64,000 bases of DNA, taken from NCBI RefSeq assembly GCF_000255295.1, contig NC_017030.1, positions 6,038,328-6,102,327 of the forward strand. The letters run 5' to 3'. Made by a program: the position numbers and the translations under genes. Of this stretch, positions 27,874-37,459 are shown piece by piece; the stretch's first letter is position 1; each line of letters starts with the position of its first letter. Under the pieces are notes generated by a model. It searched no databases, was not told the DNA's origin, and saw only the letters and a program-made list of their open reading frames with translations. The stretch is from Corallococcus coralloides DSM 2259 (lineage in GTDB: Bacteria > Myxococcota > Myxococcia > Myxococcales > Myxococcaceae).

Positions 27874-29472
27874 ATGTTCAACGTCATCAACGTCTCCAAG
27901 GCCTATGGGCCCAAGAAGCTGTTCGAGGAGGTCAACGTCGCCTTCTCGCCGGGCCGCCGCTACGGCCTGACCGGTCCGAACGGGGCCGGCAAGTCCACGT
28001 TCATGAAGATCCTCGCGGGAGACGAGGAGCAGGACACGGGCGAGATCATCCGCCCGCGCAAGCTGGGCATCCTGCGCCAGGACCACTTCCGCTATGAGAA
28101 CGACCGCGTCATCGACGTGGTGTTGATGGGCAACCGCCACCTGTGGGCGGCGATGGACGAGAAGAACAAGCTGCTCGCCAAGTCGGACATCACCGAGGAG
28201 GACGGCAACCGGCTGGGTGAGCTGGAAGGCGTCATCGCGGAAGAGGACGGCTATTCGGCGGAGAGCGACGCGGCCACGCTGCTGGCCGGCCTTGGCATCG
28301 AGGAGTCCTTCCACGAAGAGCCCATGCGCCAGCTGACGGGCGGCCTGAAGCTGCGCGTGTTGCTCGCGCAGGCGCTGTTCGGCAAGCCGGAAGGGCTGCT
28401 GCTCGACGAGCCCACGAACAACCTGGATATCGATTCCATCCGCTGGCTGGAGAACTTCCTGCATGTGTACGAGGGCGTGCTGATCACCATCAGCCACGAC
28501 CGGCACTTCCTGAACTCCATCTGCACGCACATCGCGGACATCGATTACGAGACCATCATCCAGTACACGGGTGGTTACGACGACATGGTCCGGCAGAAGT
28601 CGCAGCTGCGCACCCGGGTCGAGTCCGAGACGGCGGAGAAGAAGAAGAAGATCGCCCAGCTGCAGGACTTCGTGGCGCGCTTCCACGCCGGTACGCGCGC
28701 GTCGCAGGTGCAGAGCCGCATCAAGCAGATCGACAAGCTGAAGACGGAGGACCTGAAGCGCTCGAACATCGCGCGGCCGTTCATCCGGTTCGACCAGAAG
28801 GTGGTGAGCGGCCGGCAGACGCTGATGTTCGAGGGGCTGAAGAAGTCCTTCGACGGGCAGCAGGTCATCAAGCCGTTCACGGGCCTGGTCTGCAAGGGCG
28901 AGCGCATCTGCGTGATTGGCCGCAACGCCGTGGGTAAGTCCACGCTGGTGAAGATGCTGGCGGGGCAGCTGGAGCCGGACGCGGGCACCATCACCTGGGG
29001 CCACCAGGCGACGGTGGGCTACCTGCCGCAGGACCACCACGGCGTCATCCACAAGGGCACGACGTGCTTCGGCTACCTCCGGGAGATCAGCGAGAAGCTG
29101 ACGAACGAGGAGATTTCCGGCGTGTTGGGCCGGATGCTCTTCTCGGGTGAGGAGCGGATGAAGGCGACGGACACGCTCTCCGGCGGTGAGACGGTGCGCG
29201 TGCTGTTGTCCAAGCTGATGATCACGCAGGACAACGTGCTGATCCTCGACGAGCCGACGAACCACCTGGACCTGGAGTCCATCGCGGCGCTGGCGGAAGG
29301 CCTGTCGAAGTTCGAGGGAACGGTCATCTGCGTGACGCACGACCAGGAGCTCATCTCCGAGGTCGCGACCCGCATCTGGAGCCTGGAGGCGGGCAAGGAC
29401 GTGCTCGACTTCAACGGCCCCTACTCCGAGTTCATGGAGAAGCACGCGGACGCGGCGCTCAAGCGTCGGTAG
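27874..29472 (+). CDS. ABC-F family ATPase (tandem ABC domains, no TMD; ribosome-associated/translation-factor-type)
   Basis: ATG at 27874 (MFNVINVSKAYG) within ORF 27412..29472. There are two Walker A motifs (GPNGAGKST, GRNAVGKST) and two signature motifs (LTGGLKLR, LSGGETVR). The Lys-rich interdomain linker is typical of ABC-F. Confidence 0.9.
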   Translation: MFNVINVSKAYGPKKLFEEVNVAFSPGRRYGLTGPNGAGKSTFMKILAGDEEQDTGEIIRPRKLGILRQDHFRYENDRVIDVVLMGNRHLWAAMDEKNKLLAKSDITEEDGNRLGELEGVIAEEDGYSAESDAATLLAGLGIEESFHEEPMRQLTGGLKLRVLLAQALFGKPEGLLLDEPTNNLDIDSIRWLENFLHVYEGVLITISHDRHFLNSICTHIADIDYETIIQYTGGYDDMVRQKSQLRTRVESETAEKKKKIAQLQDFVARFHAGTRASQVQSRIKQIDKLKTEDLKRSNIARPFIRFDQKVVSGRQTLMFEGLKKSFDGQQVIKPFTGLVCKGERICVIGRNAVGKSTLVKMLAGQLEPDAGTITWGHQATVGYLPQDHHGVIHKGTTCFGYLREISEKLTNEEISGVLGRMLFSGEERMKATDTLSGGETVRVLLSKLMITQDNVLILDEPTNHLDLESIAALAEGLSKFEGTVICVTHDQELISEVATRIWSLEAGKDVLDFNGPYSEFMEKHADAALKRR

Positions 29473-29498
29473 TCCGAACCGCAATTCCAGACAGTGCG

Positions 29499-29545
29499 AA
29501 CGCCGCCCGTTTCCGGTCCTCCGGAAGCGAGGCGGCGTTTTCGTG
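29499..29545 (+). terminator. Rho-independent terminator downstream of the ABC-F gene
   Basis: A 9-bp GC-rich stem (aacgccgcc ... ggcggcgtt) encloses an inner hairpin and is followed by TTTTCG. Confidence 0.5.
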
Positions 29546-29608
29546 CGCGTGTCCATCCCTCTCCCGGGTGATGTCACTCCCTTGACCGGGTCGGCAAGAC
29601 TCACGCTA

Positions 29609-30826
29609 AACGACCGCGCATGAATCCCGATCGGCTCGGAGGGTAGGCAGGCGCTGGGAGCGGCAGGAAAGGGGCAGGAGCTCGCGCCGTTCGGCCTTGT
29701 GTGCGCAAGAACCGGATGAAGAAGCGAGTCCTGCCTCAGGGAAGGCAACAACTACGCCTGCGATGTCCTGACCGCAGGCGGCTGATTCGCTGGGGAGAGA
29801 GGACTGGCTGCCCGCTCACCTTGCGGCGGTGCCTGGCGGTAGCGAAGGTGGCCAGTGGTCAGTCACGGACGCAAGCCGCGCGGCAACTGCTGTGCGCCAC
29901 GTCCACGGTGGTGTCCGCGGTTCAGCGCTTCCAGGAATCAGGCCGAGAAGGCCTCTTGGACGGGCGTGCTCAAAGTGGGCAGCGCAAAGTGGATGAGCGA
30001 TTCCGGCAGACGTTGTGCCGGGTGCTGGAAGGCACGCCGCGGCAGTCCGGTTGGCGGCGCACGACGTGGACGCGCGAGTTGCTGGTCCGTGAGGTGGAGA
30101 GGCGAGGCTGGGTACGCGTCTCGCCCGCGACGATGGGACGCGCCTTGGCCTCGGTGGGAGCCCAGAGAAGGCGTCCGCGTCCCGTGGTGTGCTGCCCCTG
30201 GCCGGAGCGCAGACGCCGTCGGCGCCTCTGGCAGCTGAAATGCCGTGCGGCCTTCGCCCGGCCCGAGGAGCCCGTGCTTTTCGAGGATGAGATGGACGTG
30301 CACCTCAACCCGAAAATCGGTCCCGACTGGACGTTGCCTGGACAGCGCAGAGAGGTCGTCACTCCGGGCAACAACCAGAAGCGTTTCGTGGCGGGAGCGC
30401 TGGATGCGCGCACGGCCCGGGTGACTTGGGTGCAGGGGGAGAAGAAGACGAGTGCTCTCTTCATTGACCTGGTGCGCGCCGTGGACGCCGCCTATCCCAG
30501 GGCGAAGCGTCTGCATTTCATCCTCGACAATGCCGCCACCCACTCCAGCAAGAAGACGCAGAAGGCGCTGGAGGCACTGGGCGAGCGGCTGGTGCTGCAC
30601 TTCCTTCCGCCATACTGCCCGGAGGGCAACCGCATCGAACGCCTGTGGTGGGACGTGCACGCCAACGTCACCCGTAACCATCGCTGCAAGAAAATGGAGG
30701 CGCTCATGACCGAGGTGGACGCCTACCTCGACGCGCGGAACACCCAGAAGTCCGCCAGCCCCTTGCTGCGCGTCGCCTCCGCTCGACGCGCAGCTTGAGA
30801 CCATTCGAGAATTACGATCGGTCGTT
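29609..30826 (+). mobile_element. IS630/Tc1-mariner family insertion sequence, apparently intact (1218 bp), flanked by TA target-site duplications at 29607-29608 and 30827-30828
   Basis: Terminal inverted repeats are present: AACGACCG at the left end, CGGTCGTT at the right end. It is inserted just downstream of the ABC-F terminator and encodes a single DDE transposase ORF. Confidence 0.8.
29701..30798 (+). CDS. IS630-family DDE transposase
   Basis: There is an N-terminal HTH region (...LTLRRCLAVAKVASGQSRTQAARQLLCATSTVVSAVQRFQESGREGLLD). The DDE_3 catalytic residues sit in LFEDEMDVHLNP, HFILDNAATH and PPYCPEGNRIERLW. Confidence 0.85.
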   Translation: MRKNRMKKRVLPQGRQQLRLRCPDRRRLIRWGERTGCPLTLRRCLAVAKVASGQSRTQAARQLLCATSTVVSAVQRFQESGREGLLDGRAQSGQRKVDERFRQTLCRVLEGTPRQSGWRRTTWTRELLVREVERRGWVRVSPATMGRALASVGAQRRRPRPVVCCPWPERRRRRRLWQLKCRAAFARPEEPVLFEDEMDVHLNPKIGPDWTLPGQRREVVTPGNNQKRFVAGALDARTARVTWVQGEKKTSALFIDLVRAVDAAYPRAKRLHFILDNAATHSSKKTQKALEALGERLVLHFLPPYCPEGNRIERLWWDVHANVTRNHRCKKMEALMTEVDAYLDARNTQKSASPLLRVASARRAA

Positions 30827-31021
30827 TAGGCCGTCAGTCCATGGTGGCCTGGCTGGGGGTGAGCGATGGTTCTGTCCATGATGTGGGGGGGTGTTGGCGT
30901 CGTTGTTCGCGGCCTTGTGGTTCCGGTCCCGTTCTCGCATTCACCCGTTGCAGGAACGGCTCAAGCCCATCGTGAACATTGACGCCGAGAAGAAACGAAT
31001 CACTGAAGAGATCGCACAATG

Positions 31022-34000
31022 TTACCGAAAAAGCCGTATGCGCTCTTGCAGAGTAAGAGCGATCGGAATGTTACGTGCCGCGAGCTCGGCAGCTAATTCC
31101 ACTAACGCCTCGCGCGCTTTGGCATCATTCGCAAGGGCGGGAGCATTGCGTGTCAAGGCCGTATCGAGCAACTCAACAAGAGCATCTCCATTTTCATCGC
31201 GCCACCACTGGCGCCCCGTCTTGCTGACACGCAATGCGGCCGATATCCACCTCAATCCGTCAAGACGCAAGAATGTCCCTACTTCGGACGACAGGAAGCG
31301 ACAGAAGCGTCTCACACTCTCCTCGCTGTGGCCGAGATGTGCTTGTGCCCAGCGGTCGTAAAGATCACGCATGTCCGGCACTGATTTAGACGGCAGGTGC
31401 TTTAGCAAGTCCTCATTACCAAAGCCGAGCAGATCACCCAACAAGCGCTCACCATAGGGCCAGTATAGGTCGCGCGCTCCCCACTTCGCGTCCAGTGCAT
31501 ATTGCACGAGTGAACGCCACAATGGCCGGAACCGCTCAACATCGCAGCCCTGATTGAGCAAGAGAAATAGATTACGGGTAAAGTACTGAAGCGCGTAATG
31601 CGCCTTGGGGCCGCACGAAAGAACCGCTTCCCAAACGGGGCGGGCTTCGGCCGGTGACAGTGAAACTGAGAGCGAACCGAGCTTGGCTAAAAGATCGTAA
31701 CCAATCTGCTGACTAGGGGGAGAGCACTCGCCATCCGCCTCCCCCTGGGCTTGCATATATTCAACTTCACAGTCCCAAAGCTGCAAAACGAGTTCGCGAT
31801 CTTTAAGCAAATCGCCAGTGCCTAGTCCTTTCAGCAGCCAATTGAACAGCAGGCCGAGGAAATTTATGTCTAGGCCGATCGAGTGTCGAGCGTCGAATTC
31901 TCGACCTCTGCATTGCTGTACTGTCAACCCGTTGGCACGAGCCCATCTAGCCCTCTCAAGACGCTGATAGCCCATCAAGACGCGGCCGATTTTGACACCA
32001 GTCGAGACGGCCCCCTCTTGGCGAAGAGGGAAGCGCCTAATCCTCGCCAGCCAACCGTGCCAAATAGGCCCAATTCTCTCTGAATCATCATAATTCGGCG
32101 CTAGCATTACTAGAGCAGACCAAAACAACCCCACTTGGAGAAATCGCCACCAAGTGGAGCCCAACATTTCGCGCTTAGCGTAAGCAATCGACACAAGCGT
32201 GACCACAACCCTGCTATCACCGCAAGTGAGAAGGCGAAGCACAAGAGCTTCCCATTCGGCGCTCTCGTCAAATTTAGTCCAGAGATGCATGACAGCGAAG
32301 GCAGTAAACGGGAGCGAGTCCTCTCCCCCGCTGATTCGTGCAGTACGAATAGCGACCGCGGTTTCTCCCACCTCCAGCGCCGACGCCCGAATGATCTCCA
32401 CCAAACGCTGCCTCTTCGTTGGCTCCCTACCCAACCAAGAAGCGCCGCAAACAACGAGCGTTGTCGCCAGAGCCAACATGCTCTTCATCTTAACTGATGA
32501 CTCGACCGTGCTGCTGCGATTCGACGACTCCAGAAGCTCATAAAACCTTCCTGCAACGTCGTCGGAAAGCGATTGCTGAGCCCGCAACAACTGCTCACAT
32601 TGACTTGGGATTATGAGCTGCTGAATTTCAGCCTCATGGGACTTCTGCCATGCTTTCGCCTCTTGACGAAGGCTCTCGGGATAGACCAGCGCAAAAACCT
32701 CTGCACCTGTCTCGCTATCGATGACGCGATGATAGTTCGCTCGATCGAGAGCCGCCCACATGAACCTGAGTTCCAGTGACTGTTTAGGATCATTGGGGAT
32801 CACCCATGTCGGAATTGCGAACTGCAGTTTTTCCGCGACGACATCGTCCTCCTTGAGCAAGTTGGCCACGATATCAACGAACCTCTGCCGGCGGTGCGCC
32901 GCCAGTGTCCAACTTTTTGCGAACTCAAACATCACTTCACTGCTGTTCGCCCAATGCCAGCCAATGAATCTACTACCAACCTGCTCAACACACTGAGCAT
33001 CCCAATAGAACATCAACGGACTTGTAAGCAGGGGCGCGAGTGGTCCCGGCAAAAGCGCAGGTTGGTACTTGCCAAGATTGACGAGCAAGCCGAGGAACGC
33101 AACTGACGCGCCCTCCTTTAAAATACCCTCAACCCAGTGCGCAATGTCTGCGTTTTTGTCGACCTGCAGCGTCAACCATCTTTCGAGCGCATCAAGAGCG
33201 CAATGTAAATTCCCATCACGAATAGAATTCTCCTGCGTCCAACCAAACAGCAGAGGGCCGCCAATGAACTCTTTCTCAATGCCATTTCCCATCTCAAGCT
33301 TCACGGTCGGAACCGAGCGATTCGTCCCAAACCGAGCGCTATCTACCCATCGATCCGTGCAAAAATTCACAAGCTTGATTATCGCCTGCAAAGCCTCGCG
33401 CGGCGCAATTTGGAGAAAGAGAAAGAACGGCGTCTTCCAGAACGCAGTCGGATAGCCGTCCCTTGCAGCCTCAAGCCCTAATTTTATCTTCCACCGTCCG
33501 GCTCCGTATTCCTCGCAAGGCTGATCTTTAATAATGAGCGCCAGCAAAACTTCTGCTGCCACTGTCGGCCGCGTGCGCATTAACGGCCCCAGACTGCTAC
33601 CGCCTAGGCATGCATTTCGAAAATCGTGATCGATCGGGCGCATTGCTCCAAGCGGCCACGGTTCCAATTCGTGTCGGCCTGGAACTACAAGCTGTGGTAA
33701 GTCTCTGCGCCGCGATTCAGTCGCTCGCATCCGGGTGTCGTTTTTGAGACGCGCTGCACGCTCTTCAGCTTGTCTCTTACGAGCGACTGCGACGCGTATG
33801 AGGACGTCCTTTGAAATGGGACGTCGGCCAGACATCTCCAATGCCCAGCACGACACTTCATCAGGTAGATCAGGCGCACCTGCGAGTGGTGCGGCGAAAA
33901 ACACCGGATCCTGGCTCAGAAACATGACTCCTTGCTCTTTGAGAACCTGCACAGTTCTAGCCATTGCTATTGCGAGTTCGGCAAACTCTCGCCGGAACGG

Positions 34001-36295
34001 CGTCGGATTGCCGTTCGCGAGCATCGGCGGCGTGCCGGACAGCCACGTCTCGGCCAACTTCGCCAGAGCAGGCAAAAGCATGGATGTGATGCGGTCGCGG
34101 TGGGTCGCGAGAAAGCGTACTATGGGCGGCCATCTCGCAGCGATCACCGACCGGTATCGAGTCTCTATGTGTAAGCCAAGTGTCGGATTGTCGCTCAAGG
34201 GCGGTAAAACACGTGGCACCGTACCAATGTGATGAAAGCGGGTAAGAAGCCGAGTCATTCGCTTTCCGTTCTCGGCTAAAAGTAGATCGACGCGCTCGTA
34301 AAGAAAGCGCTCAGCTTCCGGGTCGAGGCAAAGGGCGTCGAGCAACATGTCGGAAGCAAGGGGCATTTCTGTTTCTTCCGCTGCAGCAAACGCCTCATCC
34401 CACGCTGTTGCCGTTCCTGCGGGTTGGCGCAGCAGGAACTGTCCGAGCATGCGCAGTGCTGCACTCCATAATGGGTTAGACGCCAGAGCGGACCAGCGAG
34501 CCGTGTTACGGGCGATCTGCTTCAGAAACTGAAACCGCGCCCAGTCGGCTGCGAGATCGTGCTCGAACTCAAGGTGATTAGTCCGCTCGTTGAGACGAAG
34601 TGGAAGGTGGGCTGGACCTTGTTGAAATGTCCTAGCATCACCTGGCCGAAGGTCCGTGAGAGCAAAACTTCGCTCGAAGGATGCCTCGCGCTCTGCAAGG
34701 CGCATCAGAAGCTCTTGGATTTCAGCTCGGCCGTCGGTCCAGAAGCGCCAAAGCCGGTCTGCGACTGCCGCATGGGACGCCGGAGCTACTGTTCCAGCTG
34801 TAAGCGCCGCTCTAGCCTGGATGACCCAACCCAGCGTCTTCAGGTTCGCTAAGACGGCGACTGTTTCTGGATGGCCAACCAGCCAACTGAGCGCTGGCGT
34901 GGCGCTGAGCGCAGCCTCCACGTCGGAACTCTTGAGCAACCCCAGCTCAATAAGGACCGAAGGTTGGGCGCCAAGTATTGTCTCTGCTCGTTCAGCCCAG
35001 CTTTGGGTCTGACTTATCACAATCAGCCGCCAAGCGGCTTGGGGGGAATTATCTGAAGCTAAGAGTTCATGAACAAACCGCCTAACAATGCTCGTTTCAC
35101 TCGGCTCTATCCGCTCCACTGAATCAAGGACCAACACATTTCGAGCGTTCGCGCTCGCCTTCAGGACATCAAGCAGTGCGTGCTGAAGTGGAAGACTTGA
35201 TCGTCGCACAACACTAAGCGCTGCCTGTACTTGATTCGGACCAAGCCACACCTGAGTCCATGCCGCGAAGCGCGTGTCCAGGACTGTTTTCACCAGCGCC
35301 GATTTGCCCGCGCCTGAGTCGCCGAAGACAACAGAAATCGAGTTCTCGGCAAGCGCCGCCTCCAGCTTTCCAGCTTCATCGTGCCGGGCGATACTCACAC
35401 CGTTCGGCAACGATGCCTCGATGTGTGCTTTGTAGTCCGTGGTCAGGTTGGCGAGTGTTGTCCAATCCCCCGAGCCCGCGCCATCCGATGGTCCGCTCGA
35501 CGCCGGAACCGGCCCCGACTCCAGGAAGGCCCGTGTGTAAGCGGCCGCGACATCGCATGCATAGGGCCGCCAGTTCTCCACGGTGGCGCTGCCCTTCTCC
35601 GCGTCCGCCAGATCGGACACCCCCCGAATCATCAAAAACCTGGGGCGCGAGCCGGTCTGGTGCAGAGCGAGCGCAGTCCCTCCTCCTTCCATTTCCACGC
35701 CTATGAGCTTGTCCCAAACCTCTTGGTTCTGCCGCAGCGTCTCCCCATCGGCCAGCACGTCGCCGCCAGAGAGGATGATACCCGAGTGACGCAGTGGCCT
35801 ACCTGGCACTGGTCGAACTTCTTGCGTCCGGCTTTCCCAGCCCCCAGGCAGGTTAATGGCTGCATCGAGTAAGGTAGCGTCCACGCGATAAACCTCCCAT
35901 CGGGTGATACGCCTATCCTCAAGCCGCTTGCCTACGGTGTAGTCCGCTATCTGGTTGGCGACGAGGACATCCCCCAGGCCTGCGACCGACCTTCGCCCTC
36001 CTGCAATGCCCACAAAGAGCACGTGCCGCGGGCCCCACCGGTGCACGACCGCCATCGCCTTTGCGGCGGCCTGGATCGGCCCCATTCCAGCTAGACTGGT
36101 CACCAGGACACGGTAGCGTGCGCCATCCGAACGCATGGTCGGAACAAAAGCTTCGTAGTAAGTGTGCGGATCATCATCCTCTCTATCCAGCCTGCTGTAC
36201 CCGGGCAGATGGCGGAGCATCGCATCCCGTTCCTGCTCAAGTGCCGCGATAATGACGAAATCCACCGGACGTGAAACCTGCGCTGCCTGATGCAT
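31022..36295 (-). CDS. 1757-aa STAND-type P-loop NTPase with N-terminal purine nucleoside phosphorylase / MTA-SAH nucleosidase-like (PNP_UDP_1) domain and a ~1200-aa helical C-terminal region; Avs/NLR-like candidate antiphage defence protein
   Basis: The N-terminal ~270 aa match the Pfs/MTAN pattern: VDFVIIAALEQERDAM, SLAGMGPIQAAAKAMAVV...VLFVGIAGG, GDVLVANQIADY, VEMEGGGTA, RGVSDLAD. Then come Walker A VVFGDSGAGKSALV and Walker B NVLVLDSVE. GC is about 56% against ~70% for the flanks. ATG at 36293-36295, TAA stop at 31022-31024. Confidence 0.8.
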   Translation of the reverse strand: MHQAAQVSRPVDFVIIAALEQERDAMLRHLPGYSRLDREDDDPHTYYEAFVPTMRSDGARYRVLVTSLAGMGPIQAAAKAMAVVHRWGPRHVLFVGIAGGRRSVAGLGDVLVANQIADYTVGKRLEDRRITRWEVYRVDATLLDAAINLPGGWESRTQEVRPVPGRPLRHSGIILSGGDVLADGETLRQNQEVWDKLIGVEMEGGGTALALHQTGSRPRFLMIRGVSDLADAEKGSATVENWRPYACDVAAAYTRAFLESGPVPASSGPSDGAGSGDWTTLANLTTDYKAHIEASLPNGVSIARHDEAGKLEAALAENSISVVFGDSGAGKSALVKTVLDTRFAAWTQVWLGPNQVQAALSVVRRSSLPLQHALLDVLKASANARNVLVLDSVERIEPSETSIVRRFVHELLASDNSPQAAWRLIVISQTQSWAERAETILGAQPSVLIELGLLKSSDVEAALSATPALSWLVGHPETVAVLANLKTLGWVIQARAALTAGTVAPASHAAVADRLWRFWTDGRAEIQELLMRLAEREASFERSFALTDLRPGDARTFQQGPAHLPLRLNERTNHLEFEHDLAADWARFQFLKQIARNTARWSALASNPLWSAALRMLGQFLLRQPAGTATAWDEAFAAAEETEMPLASDMLLDALCLDPEAERFLYERVDLLLAENGKRMTRLLTRFHHIGTVPRVLPPLSDNPTLGLHIETRYRSVIAARWPPIVRFLATHRDRITSMLLPALAKLAETWLSGTPPMLANGNPTPFRREFAELAIAMARTVQVLKEQGVMFLSQDPVFFAAPLAGAPDLPDEVSCWALEMSGRRPISKDVLIRVAVARKRQAEERAARLKNDTRMRATESRRRDLPQLVVPGRHELEPWPLGAMRPIDHDFRNACLGGSSLGPLMRTRPTVAAEVLLALIIKDQPCEEYGAGRWKIKLGLEAARDGYPTAFWKTPFFLFLQIAPREALQAIIKLVNFCTDRWVDSARFGTNRSVPTVKLEMGNGIEKEFIGGPLLFGWTQENSIRDGNLHCALDALERWLTLQVDKNADIAHWVEGILKEGASVAFLGLLVNLGKYQPALLPGPLAPLLTSPLMFYWDAQCVEQVGSRFIGWHWANSSEVMFEFAKSWTLAAHRRQRFVDIVANLLKEDDVVAEKLQFAIPTWVIPNDPKQSLELRFMWAALDRANYHRVIDSETGAEVFALVYPESLRQEAKAWQKSHEAEIQQLIIPSQCEQLLRAQQSLSDDVAGRFYELLESSNRSSTVESSVKMKSMLALATTLVVCGASWLGREPTKRQRLVEIIRASALEVGETAVAIRTARISGGEDSLPFTAFAVMHLWTKFDESAEWEALVLRLLTCGDSRVVVTLVSIAYAKREMLGSTWWRFLQVGLFWSALVMLAPNYDDSERIGPIWHGWLARIRRFPLRQEGAVSTGVKIGRVLMGYQRLERARWARANGLTVQQCRGREFDARHSIGLDINFLGLLFNWLLKGLGTGDLLKDRELVLQLWDCEVEYMQAQGEADGECSPPSQQIGYDLLAKLGSLSVSLSPAEARPVWEAVLSCGPKAHYALQYFTRNLFLLLNQGCDVERFRPLWRSLVQYALDAKWGARDLYWPYGERLLGDLLGFGNEDLLKHLPSKSVPDMRDLYDRWAQAHLGHSEESVRRFCRFLSSEVGTFLRLDGLRWISAALRVSKTGRQWWRDENGDALVELLDTALTRNAPALANDAKAREALVELAAELAARNIPIALTLQERIRLFR

Positions 36296-36397
36296 CCCGA
36301 GTCACCTCTCCCCCCTGTTGTTCTACCACTGAAGGCACTGGTTGCTTCCAGCCTTTCGCCCGGCTTGGTCTACGTCAAGCTCCACCATGCGTACCTA

Positions 36398-36835
36398 AAC
36401 GACCGATCGTAGTTCTCGAACGGATTCAAGCTGCACATCGAGCAGGTGCGGCGCGCAGCAAGGGGCTGGCTGTCTTCTGCGAGTTGCGCGTGTCGAGGTA
36501 GGCGTCCACCTCGGCCAGGAGCGCCTCCATCTTCTTGCAGCGATGGTTGCGGGTGACGTTGGCATGCGCGTGCCACCAGACGCGCTCACTGCGGTTGCCC
36601 TCGGGGCAGTACGGCGGCAGGAAGTGCAGCACCAGCCGCCCCCAATTTCTTCCAGCGCCTTCTGCGTCTTCATACTGCAGTGGGTCACGGCATTATCGAG
36701 GATGAAGTGCAGACGCTTGACTTGGGGGTTGGCGGCGTCGACGGCGCGCACCAAGTCGATGAAGAGCGCACTCATCTTCTTCTCGCCCTGCACCCACGTC
36801 ATTTCCAAGAGCAGATCGACCCACTTCGACCGCAA
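36398..36835 (-). mobile_element. Truncated, frameshifted IS630-family copy (3' ~440 bp only), inverted relative to the intact copy and ~85% identical at protein level
   Basis: The terminal IR plus TA sit at 36396-36405 (cTAaacgaccgatcgtagttctcgaa), matching the right end of the element at 30800-30828. Two frames (36426..36632 and 36395..36835) encode the transposase C-terminus (LHFLPPYCPEGNR, HFILDNAVTH). Similarity to the transposase is lost upstream of about 36800. Confidence 0.75.
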
Positions 36836-37120
36836 GGTCTACCGGTAGCCCAACCTTGTTGAGCGCCGCATCCGCTCAGGTCAAGTACTCTCGGTGGATG
36901 GCTACGCGCTACGACAAGCGGACATCACACATCCTATCCTTCGTCCCGCTTATTGCGGCCCGTCTCTGGCTCTGCTTTGCCTACACGACCGAGCTGGAAG
37001 CGCTGCGCCATCATGGTCCATTTCTCCACATTTCGCTGGACACCGCAAAATGGACTTGGTCTCTTGCCTTGTGCAACTTCCTTGCGATGGCCGAACTCAT
37101 ACTTAGACTGAACGCCACTT

Positions 37121-37459
37121 ATGCCTATCCAGTGGAAACCTCAACAACGCAAGCGCATTGAAAAGATACTCAACGACCATCCAATCGACAGTGGCGAATG
37201 CGGCGAAGCGGCCGAGAAGATCCTACCAATAGCTCAGGTGCTCGATCCTGGCTCACATAGAATAAAAATCACACCAAAGGGCCATTACAGATACGTCTGC
37301 CCCAAAATCCCCCTCACTGAACCTTGGTTTAACCATACGGCAACAGCAGTCACCCTCCACTATGTCGATGTTCTGACGGGCGCCAAAGGCACAGAGAAAT
37401 CAGCCTACTGGGAAGAGCACTGGAAGCATCCGGAATGCCTTGAGTTCGAGAAGTCATGA
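37121..37459 (+). CDS. Hypothetical small protein (112 aa), low-GC, first gene of a two-gene module
   Basis: ATG at 37121. It overlaps the next gene by 4 nt (ATGA). About 50% GC. The spacing IDSGECGEAAE ... WFNHTATAVTLHYVD might indicate a papain-like Cys/His pair; this is speculative. Confidence 0.5.
   Translation: MPIQWKPQQRKRIEKILNDHPIDSGECGEAAEKILPIAQVLDPGSHRIKITPKGHYRYVCPKIPLTEPWFNHTATAVTLHYVDVLTGAKGTEKSAYWEEHWKHPECLEFEKS

Noticed and set aside
30891-31361. 156-aa plus-strand ORF at the left edge of the island
   Set aside because: It overlaps the 3' end of the 1757-aa gene on the opposite strand, has a TTG start and a Ser/Arg-rich composition. It is probably spurious.
29609-36835. Interpretation of the two IS630 copies plus the Avs-like gene as a recent composite transposon
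   Set aside because: The copies are in inverted orientation but only ~85% identical at protein level, and one is truncated and frameshifted. This looks like independent, old insertions rather than a matched IS pair.
36856-37161. 101-aa ORF between the IS fragment and the two-gene module
   Set aside because: It has a TTG start, overlaps the 37121 start, and has weak hydrophobic composition with no support. It could be real but is left unannotated.
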